This document shows, piece by piece, positions 26,700 through 39,286 of a stretch of 64,000 bases of DNA. The stretch covers positions 19,654,001 through 19,718,000 of the forward strand of contig NC_086120.1 of NCBI RefSeq assembly GCF_963921235.1, given 5' to 3'. This stretch comes from Mobula hypostoma. Its lineage: Eukaryota. Positions within the stretch are counted from its first letter, which is position 1. Each line of letters opens with the position of its first letter. The notes under the pieces were generated by a model. That model was not told the DNA's origin, searched no databases, and worked only from the letters and a program-made list of their open reading frames with translations. Made by a program: the position numbers and the translations under genes.

Positions 26700-27860
26700 G
26701 TGGAGTCACACAGCACGGAAGCAGGTCCCTTTGGTTCGATTTGTCCAAGTAAACCAAGATGTCAATCTGACCTCATTCATTTGACTGTATTTGGCCCATA
26801 TCCCTTTAGGCTTAATGCCTCTATCAATGACAAATGCCTTTTAAATATTGTAATTGTACCCCATCTACTTCATTCTCTAGTAGTGTGTTCTGTATACCAA
26901 CCCCCCACTGAATGAAAATTATGCTCAGGTCCCCTTTAAATCTTTATCCCTCACCTTAAGTTCATGCCCTTCAATTTTAGAATCCCCTATCCTGAGAAAA
27001 AGACTGACCATCCACTTTATCAATGCTACTCATAACTTTATATTCCTCTGTGAAGTAATTCCCCCATGAAAAAAATTCTAAGCCTGCCCAGCCTCTCCTG
27101 GTAACTCAAGTCCTCTAGTCACAGTAAACATCAATGTAAATTTTGTCTGCACTCTTTCCAGCTTACTGACGTCCTTCCTATAGCTGGGTGACCAGAATTA
27201 CACTCAATATTCTAAGTGAGGTCTCACCCACATCTTGCAAAGTTGCAACATAACATCCCTCTCTTCTATGCAATGACTTGACTGATAAAGGCAAGCATGC
27301 TAAACACCTTTTTCACCACCCTGTCTATCTACGTCCCGAATTTCAGGGAACTATGTATCTGTACCCCTTGACCTCTCTGTTTTACCACACTTTCCATGGC
27401 CTTACCATTTACAGTGTAAGTCTTGCCTTGGCTTAACTGACCTAAATATAACTCCTTGTACTGGTCCAAATTAAAATTCTTCTGCCATTCCTCTACCTGC
27501 TTCCCCATTTCATCCAGATCTTGCTGTAATCTCAGATAACCTTCTTCACTGTACCAATTTTGGTATCGTTCACAAACTTATTAAACATGTTGACAATGTT
27601 GTCATCCAAATCATTAATAAAGATGCCAAACAACAGTAGAGGCAGCACAGATCCCTGCAGCATACAGCTGGTCTCAGCCATCCAATCTGAAAAACAACCT
27701 TCCACTACCACCCTCTGACTCCTCTCACCAATCAATTTTGTATCCAATTGATTAGCTCACCCTCGATTCCAAGGGATCTAAACTTCCAGACCTTCATGCA
27801 GGACCTTCAGATTTTGACATAGACCTTGCTAAAGTCAACGTAGACAATGTCTACCACCCT
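26700..27860 (-). mobile_element. CR1 LINE 3' fragment
   Basis: RSQRVVVEGCFSDW..QGSVLPLLLF.IFINDLD..KFVND. Confidence 0.85.
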
Positions 27861-30616
27861 CCTCTTTGATTAACCATAGATGGTAGATCCTTTCTTTGGA
27901 TTTTTTTTGTTTGGTTGGAATATATTCTATGAGGGTTGGTAGATTATCCCACCATGGTAAGACTTACAAGGTTACCCAATCCTATCCTAGTCTACTAACC
28001 ACTGAAAAATAAAAATATAGAAGTCTAAGTACAGTACAATCACTAGTTCTCTTCAAATACTGTTCTTCTATCAAATACTGTATCTTTGATCAGCTAAGAA
28101 TATTATATTGATGGAAAGGCTAGGGCTGTTTTCCGTGGAGCAAAGAAGGCTGAAGGGTGACCATAGAGGGGTTTAAAAAACCACAAGGGGCATAGATAAG
28201 GTGGATAGTCACCTTATTTTTTCCCACGGTTGGGACAACTAAAACCCAGAGGACTTGGGCTTAAACTGAGAGGGAAAAGATTTAAAGGGGGCCTAAGGCA
28301 CATTTTCACACAGATGATGGTGGGTTTATGGGATGAGGAGCCAAAGATGATAGTAGAAGTGGTACAAGTACAATGTTTAAAAGTCATTTGACCCCATCAT
28401 GGATAGAAAAGCTTTAGAGTTATAATGGTCAAGCACAGGCACAATGTTCAGCATGGGAAAGTTGGGCTGGAGAGACTGCTTTTGTTCTGTATAACAATAT
28501 GATTCTCTTCCTTCATAACTAATATATTCTTTTTAAATATGATTCAGCCACCCGTCGGCAAATGCACTGAGAGCTAGAGGCACTGATCAGCCTCCAGCAG
28601 GTGACGCTCTTTAGCTGCTTTCTTGAGGATACTATTACAAAATGCATTAATTTTCTATTAATTCAAGTGAGTTTAGAAACGGGGTAAAAATACACTCTAC
28701 GCCCTTTTTTAAGCTTAGGGTGAGGGTGAAGTGACAAATTAAGAAAATACCACATGATCCGTTGCAGCATAAATAAATAGTATAAATTCTCAATTGAAAG
28801 AATATAATGTTTAAATGGTGTAAAATATTGGTGGCTCAGGTTGAGACATTTAATGTTGCAGTGTTCGCTGAGCTTCGTGAACACCATAATGTTTAAATCT
28901 CAGCCAGGGAAATCTACAACCTAGTAATTTGAACAACTTGCAGTAATCATTACATGCTCCTTCCTTTTCTCTTCCTTCCTGATCTACCTAGCACCTATCA
29001 CATTGCCTCTTTTCCCACCTCCCTCCCTTTATTCTGTGCTCCACCATCTTTATCTATTACATTGCATCATCTCCAGCCATTTGTCACTTTCACTTCTCTC
29101 TTGCCAGCTTCTGGTACCATTCTCACCCTCCCCCCCCACCCCCGCCACCTAGACCCACCTACCACCTGCTAGCCCTTGCTCCACCCTTTCCCCTCCACAC
29201 ATTTATATTACCTTCCCCCTGGAGCTTTTAGTCCAGATTTAGGGAGTCTCGACCGTATTTACCAGCATAAGTGCTTCCTGACCCACAAAGTTCCTCTGGA
29301 ATCTCATGTGTTGCTCCAGATTCCAGCATCTGCATTTTCTTGTGGATCCTTTATTGGAACTAACTTTTCATGTGTCAGGTGTGCTTCTAGCCAATAATGT
29401 GAGTTTTTCTTTTCACTTCCTTAACATCTACTGGCCAGGGTTAATACATTTGGATATGTTTCTAGTGTTCAACTGTGGCTACCCTGTTTGGATAAAATCT
29501 AGTTAGATCTAGAGCTTTACAGTTCTGTTAGTTACTAAGATGAGCATGATAAAATGGTTAATGGTGAATAATTTATGTTGCTATGTTTTGCACGATGCTT
29601 TACCCTATGGGCTATTGAGAGATGGAGATCATAAGGGTTCCCTTTTATGCAGGGAAATAGAATGGGCTAAGTGATGCCCTGTTGTCATTTCAGCAGCCTG
29701 ATCCATTATTGCCTTACACGGTGGCTTCAATGAGATGAGTCAGTTTAAACATTATTTCATTTTAATGTAATAACCATATTCCTGACTACCCATATTTAAT
29801 GTAATTGAAATGAAGCTAGTCTTAAAGACTTACCGACTGTATATTTACACCATTCAAGAAATCTCACTTATCAATGACATGAATCTCCTGGCGGAGAACT
29901 GCCCGCAATTCAACTAAATTCCGCAAAATTTATGTCATCTGTCTTTCACGAGCAGATTATCACCTGAAATGGCCAACTGTACATTTTCCGTCAACTTCAA
30001 TTGGTTGCTAGCCTCAGATACTGAATAAACACAGTTGAAAAAATGGTAATAATTTTAAAAAAGAGAAATAATCAGCAAGTTAGGCAGTGCCGGACGAGAG
30101 AGAAAAGAGATGACTTTTTAGGTCGATGAATTATCAATGGAGCCCCTAATAACCTGTTTACCAAACCTCCCGGCTCTGGCTGGATACCAAGCAAATGTAT
30201 GTCATCTCTTCTCACAGTCCACTAAGGGAAAGGGTAGTTCCAGTTTTGCTAAAGCGATGGATACCTAATGTTTTGTGACAAGATTGCGCGCCAATTCAGA
30301 TTGAATGCAACGATTGCTCCGTCTTCGATACACAGTGGCAAACTCAGTGATTGCTTTGATTTTTCATTGTTCCATTCCAACTCATTGTTATGAAAGACTG
30401 AGGACTGGTACGCCTATAAACTACCTTTCGGTCACCAGAATCCACGATATTAGGTAGATACTATATTTCGTAGAATTAAACTGCAAATATGAGGAGTGAA
30501 ATTGTCGTTTAAATCACTGCATCAACAACTAGAGATTACGATTAACTGAGCTCAGGAGAAACAAGTGTCAATTGGGTCAATCGAGAGAGGGAAAAAAAGA
30601 TGTTAGGAAAGCTTAC

Positions 30617-30741
30617 TTGTTGCATATAGTTGACAAATTTACACATGAACTCCCCGAAAATCCAGCTTGGGAGAGGGTACAGGACTGCGGTGAAAGGCAC
30701 GCAGCACACCAGGAAAATAATATCGGTTGTAGCTAAATTTG
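30617..30741 (-). CDS. KISS1R: KISS1R coding exon 2 (TM2-ECL1-TM3 start); not in the ORF track
   Basis: Acceptor ttttccaag|CA; translates (A)[41 protein letters not shown]; donor |gtaagc; 125 bp, phases fit exons 1 and 3. Confidence 0.96.
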
Positions 30742-31291
30742 CTTGGAAAAGAAAAAGTTCAAAACAATTTAGATGCAGCAGAAGTTAGGAGAACAAACCT
30801 GATTACATGCTAAAGAGCTATCTGATTGTTGTCGAAATAGGTCAAAGTTTAAATAATTCAATGCATTCTGACATATTTAGGTAGATGAATTATTACTCAC
30901 TTCACAGAAAATAATATGCCTAATGTATAAACTATTCCTTTATATTAGCCCGTTATAGAACCGATTTGTCTTGTCTCAGTGATCTGTACATCAGATTTAT
31001 AATTGCGAATTTATAAAGAATTAAATAAGATCACATTCCGCATTTAACTTACACAGGTTCAACTGCAAACAAAATACTAACTTGGAAATTGCACATTTAG
31101 ATTTTTGCTTTGCTTTTAGGCACTGAACTTGATCTAACTGCTCTACTGTAACTGGCTTTACATTAATTTCAAAGGGAATGGACCAATATTTTAACCATTC
31201 TTCATTAAATCTGCATGTTATATGTAAATCTACTTGTAGAATATTCTAGAAATATACACATCGGTATGATTTTACACATGGATATTGTTAC

Positions 31292-31529
31292 CTATGTAAA
31301 AGTTGGTGACGGTTCGCATCTGCTTGTGCTTCGTTACTACATAGATCACCAGCGAGTTTCCAGCGAGTCCAACCACCATCAGAATCCCAAAGCAGAGAGG
31401 TACTAGCCAGGCGTCCATTAACACTGGAGGGGTGGGAGCAGTAGTTGTGTTACTGCAGATGTATCCCAAACATGACCCGGTGAAATATTGTAATGATTCA
31501 TTTGTCGAGGGGGTCACAGAAGAACCCAT
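31292..31529 (-). CDS. KISS1R: Kisspeptin receptor (GPR54) coding exon 1 (N-terminus, TM1)
   Basis: [13 protein letters not shown]...[41 protein letters not shown]. Strong Kozak accATGG; phase-1 donor G|gtaac at 31291; 238 bp. Confidence 0.96.
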
Positions 31530-31920
31530 GGTCTGCCGAACGAAATAAATGAGACGCTGTTAAAATCGCCACATGTACAAAGGAACATGGACATGATTGT
31601 CGCCCGAGAGATCCGCACGGGCTTTTCTCTCGGTCTGTGATGGTACCTGTGTAGATGAAATTTAGAACCTTTAGTGCAGACTGATGGAACCGAATCGGTC
31701 CCGCGCAATGTTCGTAGCGTCTACGATCTTACCCAGAACTCGTTGGTAGGAACCAGTCAGATCAAAGAAAGGAGACTTTGCAGCAGCTGGATGAGTGAGT
31801 GCAGGGGCTGATTTTCTCTCTCTCTTGCTCTTTCAGTAAGAGCTCCTGACGTGTTTGTGAAATCAAAGCGGAGGATTGGGTAGGAGGTGCGCACTGGTGA
31901 AACCCGGAGCTCAAATTCAG
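31530..31920 (-). promoter_or_regulatory. KISS1R 5'UTR/proximal promoter
   Basis: Local CpG enrichment relative to the flanks, minus-strand CCAAT (~31876-31880), TGACGT CRE-like site (~31847), repeat-free. Confidence 0.5.
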
Positions 31921-32410
31921 TGAGATTTAACCCAAATTGCAATGACTCAAATCCCAACCAAAATATCAAGGCATTTTAATCCAAGCCCTAATAACAAATG
32001 ACTCGGGTATTCCATCATTTAAAGATTAATTTGTAATCTTTACAGTAATTATTTTCTACTACATTTTCCTATCTTCCAGTTGACATTTTAGCAGATAGAT
32101 ACTTTATTGATCCCAAGGGAAATTACAGTGTTCCAGTATCATTACAAGTGCACAGGTATACAAATATTAGGAGAGAAGTAAAAAAAGAATAAAAAATAAG
32201 TTACCTCAAACAGTCTAACAGGAGGGGGGGGGGGTCATCACTTCCCCCGCCGTAGGTTGACTCATTATTGAGCCTAATGGCCGAGGTTAAGAATTTGGAG
32301 CAGCGCAGTTGTCTTAGTCTATTATTTTAAGTGCTCCTCTGTTCAGCCAAGGTGACATGCAGAGGGTGAGGAACATTGTCTAGTATTGCCAGGGTTTTCC
32401 GTAGGGTCCT

Positions 32411-33315
32411 TTAGAACCATAGACCATAGAACACTACAGCACAGAAAACGGGCATTATTCCGCTAGTCCCCTTGACCTGTATCCAGTCCATAACCCTCCA
32501 GACCACTCCCATCCATGTACCTATCCAATTTATTCTTAAAAGTGAGACCGCATTCACCATGTCAGATGGCAGCTCTTTCCACATTCCCACCACTCTCTGA
32601 GTGAAGTTCCCCCTAATGTTCCCCCTAAACCTTTCCCCTTTCACCCTAAAGTCATGTTCTCTCGTATTTATCTCTCCTAATCTAAGTGGGAGAGCCTATT
32701 CACATTTACTCTGTCTATATTCCTCATAATTTTGTAAACCTCTACCAAATCTCCCCTCATTCCTCTATGCTCCAAGGAATAAAGTTCTAACCTGTTCAAT
32801 CTTTCCCTGTAACTCAACTCCTGAAGACCCGGCAACATCCTAGTAAATCTTCTCTGCACTCTTTCAATCTTACTGATATCCTTCCTATAGTTAGGTGACC
32901 AGAACTGTACACAATAGTCCAAATTTGGCCTCACCAATGTCTTATACAACCTCCCCATAACATCCCAACTCCTATACTCAATACTTTGATTTATGAATGC
33001 CAGGATGCCAAAAGCCTTCTTTACAACCCTGTCTACCTGTGACGCCACCTTCAGGGAATTATGTATCTGAACTCCCAGATCTCTTTGTTCCTCCCCACTC
33101 CTCAGTACCCTACCATTTACTGTGTATATCCTACCTTGATTTGTCCTTCCAAAATGCACCATCTCACACTTGTCTGCATTAAATTCCATCTGCTACTTTC
33201 TGGCCCACCCTTCCAGTTGGTCCAGACCCCTACGCAAGCTTTGAAAGGCTTCCTCGCTGTCCACAACGCCTCCAATCATCGTGTCATCAGCAAACTTGCT
33301 GATCCAATTTACTAC
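32411..33315 (-). mobile_element. CR1 LINE 3' fragment nested in a Rex/Babar-type LINE (32095-32410 and 33320-33640)
   Basis: 170-aa ORF MEFNADKCE...LVRPNLDYCVQFWSP; the host element resumes on both sides at cttt. Confidence 0.85.
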
Positions 33316-34859
33316 ATTACCACTTTGTTCTGCTACAGCCGCCAGTGTGTCCAGCTTGGCACCTATAACAGAGTAAGCCTTTCTCATCAGTCTATTGAGC
33401 CTGTTGACATCATCCGTGTTGATGCCATTGGATAGCACACCACTGCATAGAAAACTGTACTGGCGACAACAGACTGGTAGAACATGTGAAGGAGAGGCCT
33501 GCATACTCCAAAGGACCTCAGTCTCCTCAGGAAGTAGAGGCAACTCTGGCCCTTCTTTTACACCACCTCTGTGTTGGTGCTCCACTCAAGTCTGTCATCT
33601 ATGTGCACCCCAGATACTTGTACGTCCTCACAAGCCCCATGGTAATTTTACATTTATTGGAGGGATTAATGGACATGACAACTAATCCCTGCCTATTGAT
33701 TTATTTCAACACATTCCTCCCCTCCCCTTAAAAAAGGCCAGTGAGGTACTCTGGGTAGAATTTCTGTCCTTGGCCAGTCTTCTTTTTGTCAAATCCTTCC
33801 CTTGCTATAAGATTTCCAATTCATAAGTATCCCAAAGCAGGAAACATGTTAATTCATAAACTGAATGTTAGATTAAGGCCATTTTTTCTTCAGTTATTCC
33901 TTTTGTCTGTTCAGGAAGCCAGATAAAATCTAGAACTTGAGTATATGCATTGAAATATATATTCAATCCCATAATTCAATATTTAAAACAGTAAAAAGTG
34001 CAACAAAAATAGTCTTAAAGAGCAACTGTGGATCAGCAGATGAAGGAAGACTCAGCCAGTTTGTTATCCTGGTCCCTTTACTATGCTAAAAACAACAATT
34101 ATAATCACTGCTCAGCTTCTTTTGAGTGAGATCATAACTAGTTTACACACCTGCTCCTCAACGTTCATTCAATCTATCCATCACTCAATGATTCTGATTG
34201 CTTTCTTCTGCAACCTCTTGAAAACCAAAGTATATATTTTTTGTTTGTAGCTATCAGAAGAATTCTTTTAACTTAAAGGATGATGAATATTTGAAATAGT
34301 CCAAGATAAAGTTGGATAATGGATATATTAATCTAACAGCAGGAATTTTAAAAAGGGGGGTTTTGATAAACAAGAGAAAATCTGCAGATGTTTGAAATCC
34401 AAACAACACATACAAAATGCTGGAGGAACTCAGCAGGTCATGCAACATCTATGGAAAGAGTACATTTGACGTTTCAGGCCGAGACCCAATAGCTTTTTCA
34501 TTGCCTTTCTGTTGTTCTTCCTAACGAAATGCTGAATAACTGAAAACCTCATTTTCATTTAGACTATTTAAAAAGGGATTGTGGTTGACAGAATTTTGGG
34601 GTTCATCACATAAACTTACTTCAACTCACATAGCTGATTCTGTCCTTTCAAGTATGTCTAGTGAGCAGTTAAAATAACCCATGAGACTTACCTGCAATAA
34701 TCCCCACCACCTCTTGAGCTTCAAATTTAAATAATCATTTTGAATAGATAGGTGAAAGAGGCATTTGTCAAAAGACATTTCAGTCTCTAGTTAGTACTGC
34801 CACAGTAGGAACCTTAATTGAGTGCTGGTCTGGTTGGACTTTTCTCAGCCATTCATGTC

Positions 34860-35424
34860 CAAAAAGTGCTGGCCCTCCACAAAGCTGCCAAACACTCCTC
34901 ATATGTTAACTCCTTCATTCCCAGACTCATCCTCATGAACCTCCTCTGGACTCTCTCCAGTGACAATATGTCCTTACTGAGATAAGGGACCCAAAACTTT
35001 TGACAACACCCCAGGAGCAACCTGACTAGTGTCTTATAAAGCTTCAGCATTATCTTCTTGTTTTTATATTCTACTCCCCTTGAAATAAATGCTAACATTG
35101 TGTTTGCCTTCTTTACCTCACACTCAACCCGTGAAATAACATTCTGGGAATATTGCACAAGGACTCCCAAGTCCCTTGGCACCTCTGATTTTTGAACCTT
35201 CTCCCCATTTAGATAATAGTCTGCAGTTTGCATAGCACTTTTTCCTTAGTAGCAATGACACTCTCTTCTGTTCCGTGATGCTCATGGACTTCTGGCAGAC
35301 TGCTAGTGTCTTCCACAGTAAAGACTGAAGCAAAGTACTTATTAAGTTCTTCTGCCATTTCTTTGTCCCCCATTACTACCTCACCAGCATCATTTTCCAG
35401 TGGTCACAATCAACTCTTACCTCC
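34860..35424 (-). mobile_element. CR1 LINE fragments
   Basis: KKANTMLAFISRGVEYK..LYKTLVR..ERVQRRF. Confidence 0.85.
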
Positions 35425-37075
35425 TGTATAGGTAAGTGTATGGGTGAGATGTGTGGGTCTGAAAATTGGTATGGCAAGGAAATGGTTAACAAGTAGGAAT
35501 TTGTGAGTCTGTCCTGGTTTGAAGGTCTACCCGCGTGTTGGGCAAATTGACCCTTGATACTAGATAAGGGGAGAACAATGTGACTCTGGTTTGCCGGATA
35601 ACATGGCCTGAAAGCAAGCTAAAAGTGCTGATTGTGTAAAAGTAATTAATCACCTTGTCTCTAAAGAATGTTTTTTTTACATTGTTTAGCTGTAAGCTTA
35701 ATAGGATGCATTGTCCCTGGGGAGGCAAAGGCTGATTGTTTAAGGTCACCTGACCGAGAGGTTAGGGTCTTGTAAACGTCATATTGGATGCCTAGCCCCT
35801 TCCAGCTGGACTGGGAAGTGGCGATAGTGCTATAAAGGTGGGCAAGTTCTTTCTTGGGCAGACCACTCGCCTGGGTCCCACCTTCCGGCCGAGCAGCTGA
35901 ACAGGTGCCAATGACCTCCACCCGAGCCAGTCCAGAGTCGATCACCTGCCTCAGGGACCACGCAGACGTTGGCGGTGTAGACCACCAGGGGTTGCTTCTG
36001 TTAACCCTACCTACTAGTGGTGTAGGCACTGTACAATATAAAGCATTTCTCATAGCTCTCTATTTCTTCTCTGTATTAACAATAAAGTGAGTCTTGGAGG
36101 AACTACTGAGCCTGGGTCCATTTGTTCAAGCCAAACCAAATAGTTGCCGCATCCACCCGTCACAGTTATTCTCATTGGGTATCAGTTTTGTGGAACAATT
36201 GGCGTAGTCGGCAGGATTCGCAGATTGCTGACAATGTTCCACTGGAACAAAGAGGTTGCCCCAGAACAATATCGCATACCTGGATGGACGGATAATACTG
36301 ATGGGTTTGTTGCGCTTGCTAACACACTTGCAAAGTTGGGACCTCCCATAAATTGAGATGATTGCCTAGATAATCCTGGCAACAAATTGGGAAGTAAGGT
36401 GGCTAGATTGTTGCAAGAAATAAATTTTCCATCGAAATGAGGTTCTCATATTGATGGCTGTTGGCTGCTGGCCAGAGCCTTGTGCCAACAGTTGGAAAGG
36501 ACCCGTGAAGTGGAACAAGAAAAGGATAAGTTGAGAGATGAAGTGAATGCTGTGAAGGAGAGGTGCTCAGTAATGATTGAGGTGGTGAGGACCAGTCAGA
36601 ATAGGGCACAGGAAGCTGAGGAGAAGGGAATTAAGATGGCATGTAGGCTAGCGCAAATTAAACATCAGGAGGCAGCCCGCTGCCAGAATTATACCCCCAA
36701 TCCCACGAAGATAAGATCGATGTTGCTATCCAGGGGAGACCCAGACACCTGGGATGGGGATCTATGGTATGATGATAATGATAATGGGTCCTTTGGTGAG
36801 GGGGAAACTGCTTTTGCCCCAGAACCATTGCAGGCTCGGCCTGCTGTGGTGACTTCTCAGTAAGATGTCCATGGGCAGCCGGGAGTACAGACTCTCGAGT
36901 ACAAGAAGTATCATGATAAGGAGCTATCTGAGATGGCTGCTCATTTTAAACGAAGGTCTGGGGAATCGCTGGCCGAATGGTTACCCCACTTGTGGGATGA
37001 TGGGGGTGCTAGTATAACCTTTTATCTTGAAGAACTAGCAAGGCTAGGGTCTTCAACTTCGAATTCTTGTATTAA
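35425..37075 (+). mobile_element. Class III (ERV-L/ERV-S-like) endogenous retrovirus: 5' LTR, PBS-Ser and degraded gag, truncated
   Basis: LTR TG(35425)...CA(36197) with TATAAA (35831) and AATAAA (36081). PBS TGGCGTAGTCGGCAGGAT(TCG) at 36200-36220 is complementary to the tRNA-Ser 3' end. Gag motifs GDPDTWDGDLW and KELSEMAAHFKRRSGESLAEWLPHLWDDGG. Ends at a CR1 at ~37083. Confidence 0.8.
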
Positions 37076-37082
37076 TATTGAT

Positions 37083-37640
37083 ATCCTCGTATTTGGAGTA
37101 TTGTGTGCAGTTTTGTTCACCAAATTACAGGAAAGATATTAATAAGTTTGAAAGAGTGCAGAGAAGGTTTACAAGGATGTTGCCAGGACTTGAGAAACTG
37201 AGTTACAGAGAAAGGTTGAATAGGTTAGGACTTTATTCCCTGGAGCGTAGAAGAATGAGGGGAGATTTGATAGAGGTATATAGAATTATGGTGGGTATAG
37301 ATAGAGTGAATGCAAGCAGGCTTTTCCCACTGAGGCTGGGGGAGAAAAAAACCAGAGAACATGGGTTAAGGGTGAAGGGGGAAAAGTTTAAAGGGAAGTT
37401 TAGAGGGGGTTTCTTCACACAGAGAGTGGTGGGAGTGTGGAATGAGCTGCCAGATGAAGTGGTAAATGCGGGCTCACTTTTAACATTTAAGAAAATCTTG
37501 GACAGGTGCATGGATGAGAGGTGTATGGAGGAATATGGTCCAGGTGCAGGTCAGTGGGACGAGGCAGAAAAATGGTTTGGCACGGCCAAGAAGGGCCAAA
37601 AGGCCTGTTTCTGTGCTGTAATATTCTATGGTTCTATGGT
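37083..37640 (+). mobile_element. CR1 LINE 3' end
   Basis: LEYCVQFCSP..RGDLIEVY..FFTQRVVGVWNELP; (tctatgg)n tail. Confidence 0.92.
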
Positions 37641-39140
37641 TCTATTTCTTCTTTCATCATAGGCATCCAAATACAATTGCCGACTGCACTTTTAATTGAA
37701 AGCATGTGATTGAAAACCATTGTAGTTTTCCCCATGATCCATGTCAGCATGAAGATACCCAAAAGGGTGTCTGGACCTGCTTTTCTTTAACTTTCCTTCT
37801 AGGGCTAGGAGGAGCAGGACTGCTGCTCCTTAGGATAACTTTCGTCTGCCACTGCCCAAGCTTACTCCAACTTCTCTCACCTTAAAGCTTTCCTGCATCA
37901 ATGCTGAACAATGTTGGGCACTCATTCTCCAAAATTAAATTTTCCAAGGTGACTATGTGCCAGATCTGGGCACTTTGATATCTGTCTTGCCAATGTCCAC
38001 CTAGCCCTGAATTAAAATCCAGCTTGTGTTGAGGCATAGATCAGACAAGATCATATTGAAAAGCAGGACAAGTTTGAGGAACTTGGATGCCTCCTCAAGA
38101 TGGCAAAATTGTTGATCAACTTTCATTGTGCTCCAGCAGGAGAAACATTATTTAAGGATCCCAATAGCCTTTTCTATCACAGTTAAAGCGAAAGATTAGC
38201 TTTATTTGTCACATCAAAACATACAGTGAAATGTATCATTTGAGTAAACACAGTCCAAGGATGTGCTCGAGGCAGCCCACAAGTGTCACCGTGCTTCTGG
38301 CGCCAACAAAGCATGCCCACAACACAGCATCCCTTATGAAACTGTACTCTTCGAAATGGGGAGGAACCAGAGCACACAAATGAAACCCTCACCATTGTAG
38401 GAAAAACATACAAACTCCTGATAGTGGTGGAAATTGAACCCAGATAACTGGCACTGTTTTGCTACGCTGCCATGCTGCCCTACATTTCATGTAGAGCATG
38501 GATTTCATAGTGATTATGCTTCCACACTTAGTTGAGCTATCCACCAGAATCATAACATACAGTATGTGCTTGTCATTCAATATTTACATCTCGGTTTGCC
38601 ATGGTGTAGTGGAGTCCTGACTGCTATAGAATGAAGCCATCATACCCACCACCAGTATACAGAATAAATCACTCTCTATGGTTACTTGATAGTCACATAT
38701 AGAAAGAATGGAATACTTTTTTTGCTGCGGTTCACTGTGCCCCAAAGCATTGTGCATTTTGTCTGTTGTATCTCATTTATGTCTTTGAATCATTTAAGAT
38801 ACCTCAAACCATTTGAAACCAATTCATTCTTTTAGGTGACAGTTATAGAACACATTAATCAGTATATATTCCTAGCAGATCTTGATAAACCTATACTTTA
38901 CACTAGCATGGAGGGTGGAAAAATAATGTGGTACCAAGAAATGACAGTATGTGTTCCAGCTGCAAATTCCATGATAAATGATAACCATTTTACAGTGGAA
39001 TATGTGTTCTATCACAGAAATTGTAATTTGAATATACAGTGCCTTAAATCTAGGACAGGTGATTTAAATTTTTATACTAGTTTTTTTGTTACTAATATTA
39101 ATTTTTTACTCTCTTTGATACTGAGACTGAGCTTATTTTA

Positions 39141-39286
39141 CACATACAAAATGCTGGAGGAACTCAGCAAGTCAGGCAGCATCTATGGAGGGGAATAAAC
39201 ATTCAATTTTTCAGGCTGAAGGGAAAGTTTATTCCCCTCCATAGACGCTACCTGACTTGCTGAGTTCCTCCAGCATTTTGTGTGTG
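39141..39286. repeat. 60-bp inverted repeat (hairpin) built from two head-to-head PLE termini
   Basis: Arms 39141-39200 and 39227-39286, 3 mismatches, 26-nt loop. Confidence 0.9.

Noticed and set aside
36200-36220. tRNA-Ser gene
   Set aside because: Only 21 nt complementary to the tRNA 3' end including CCA, directly after an LTR. It is a primer-binding site, not a gene.
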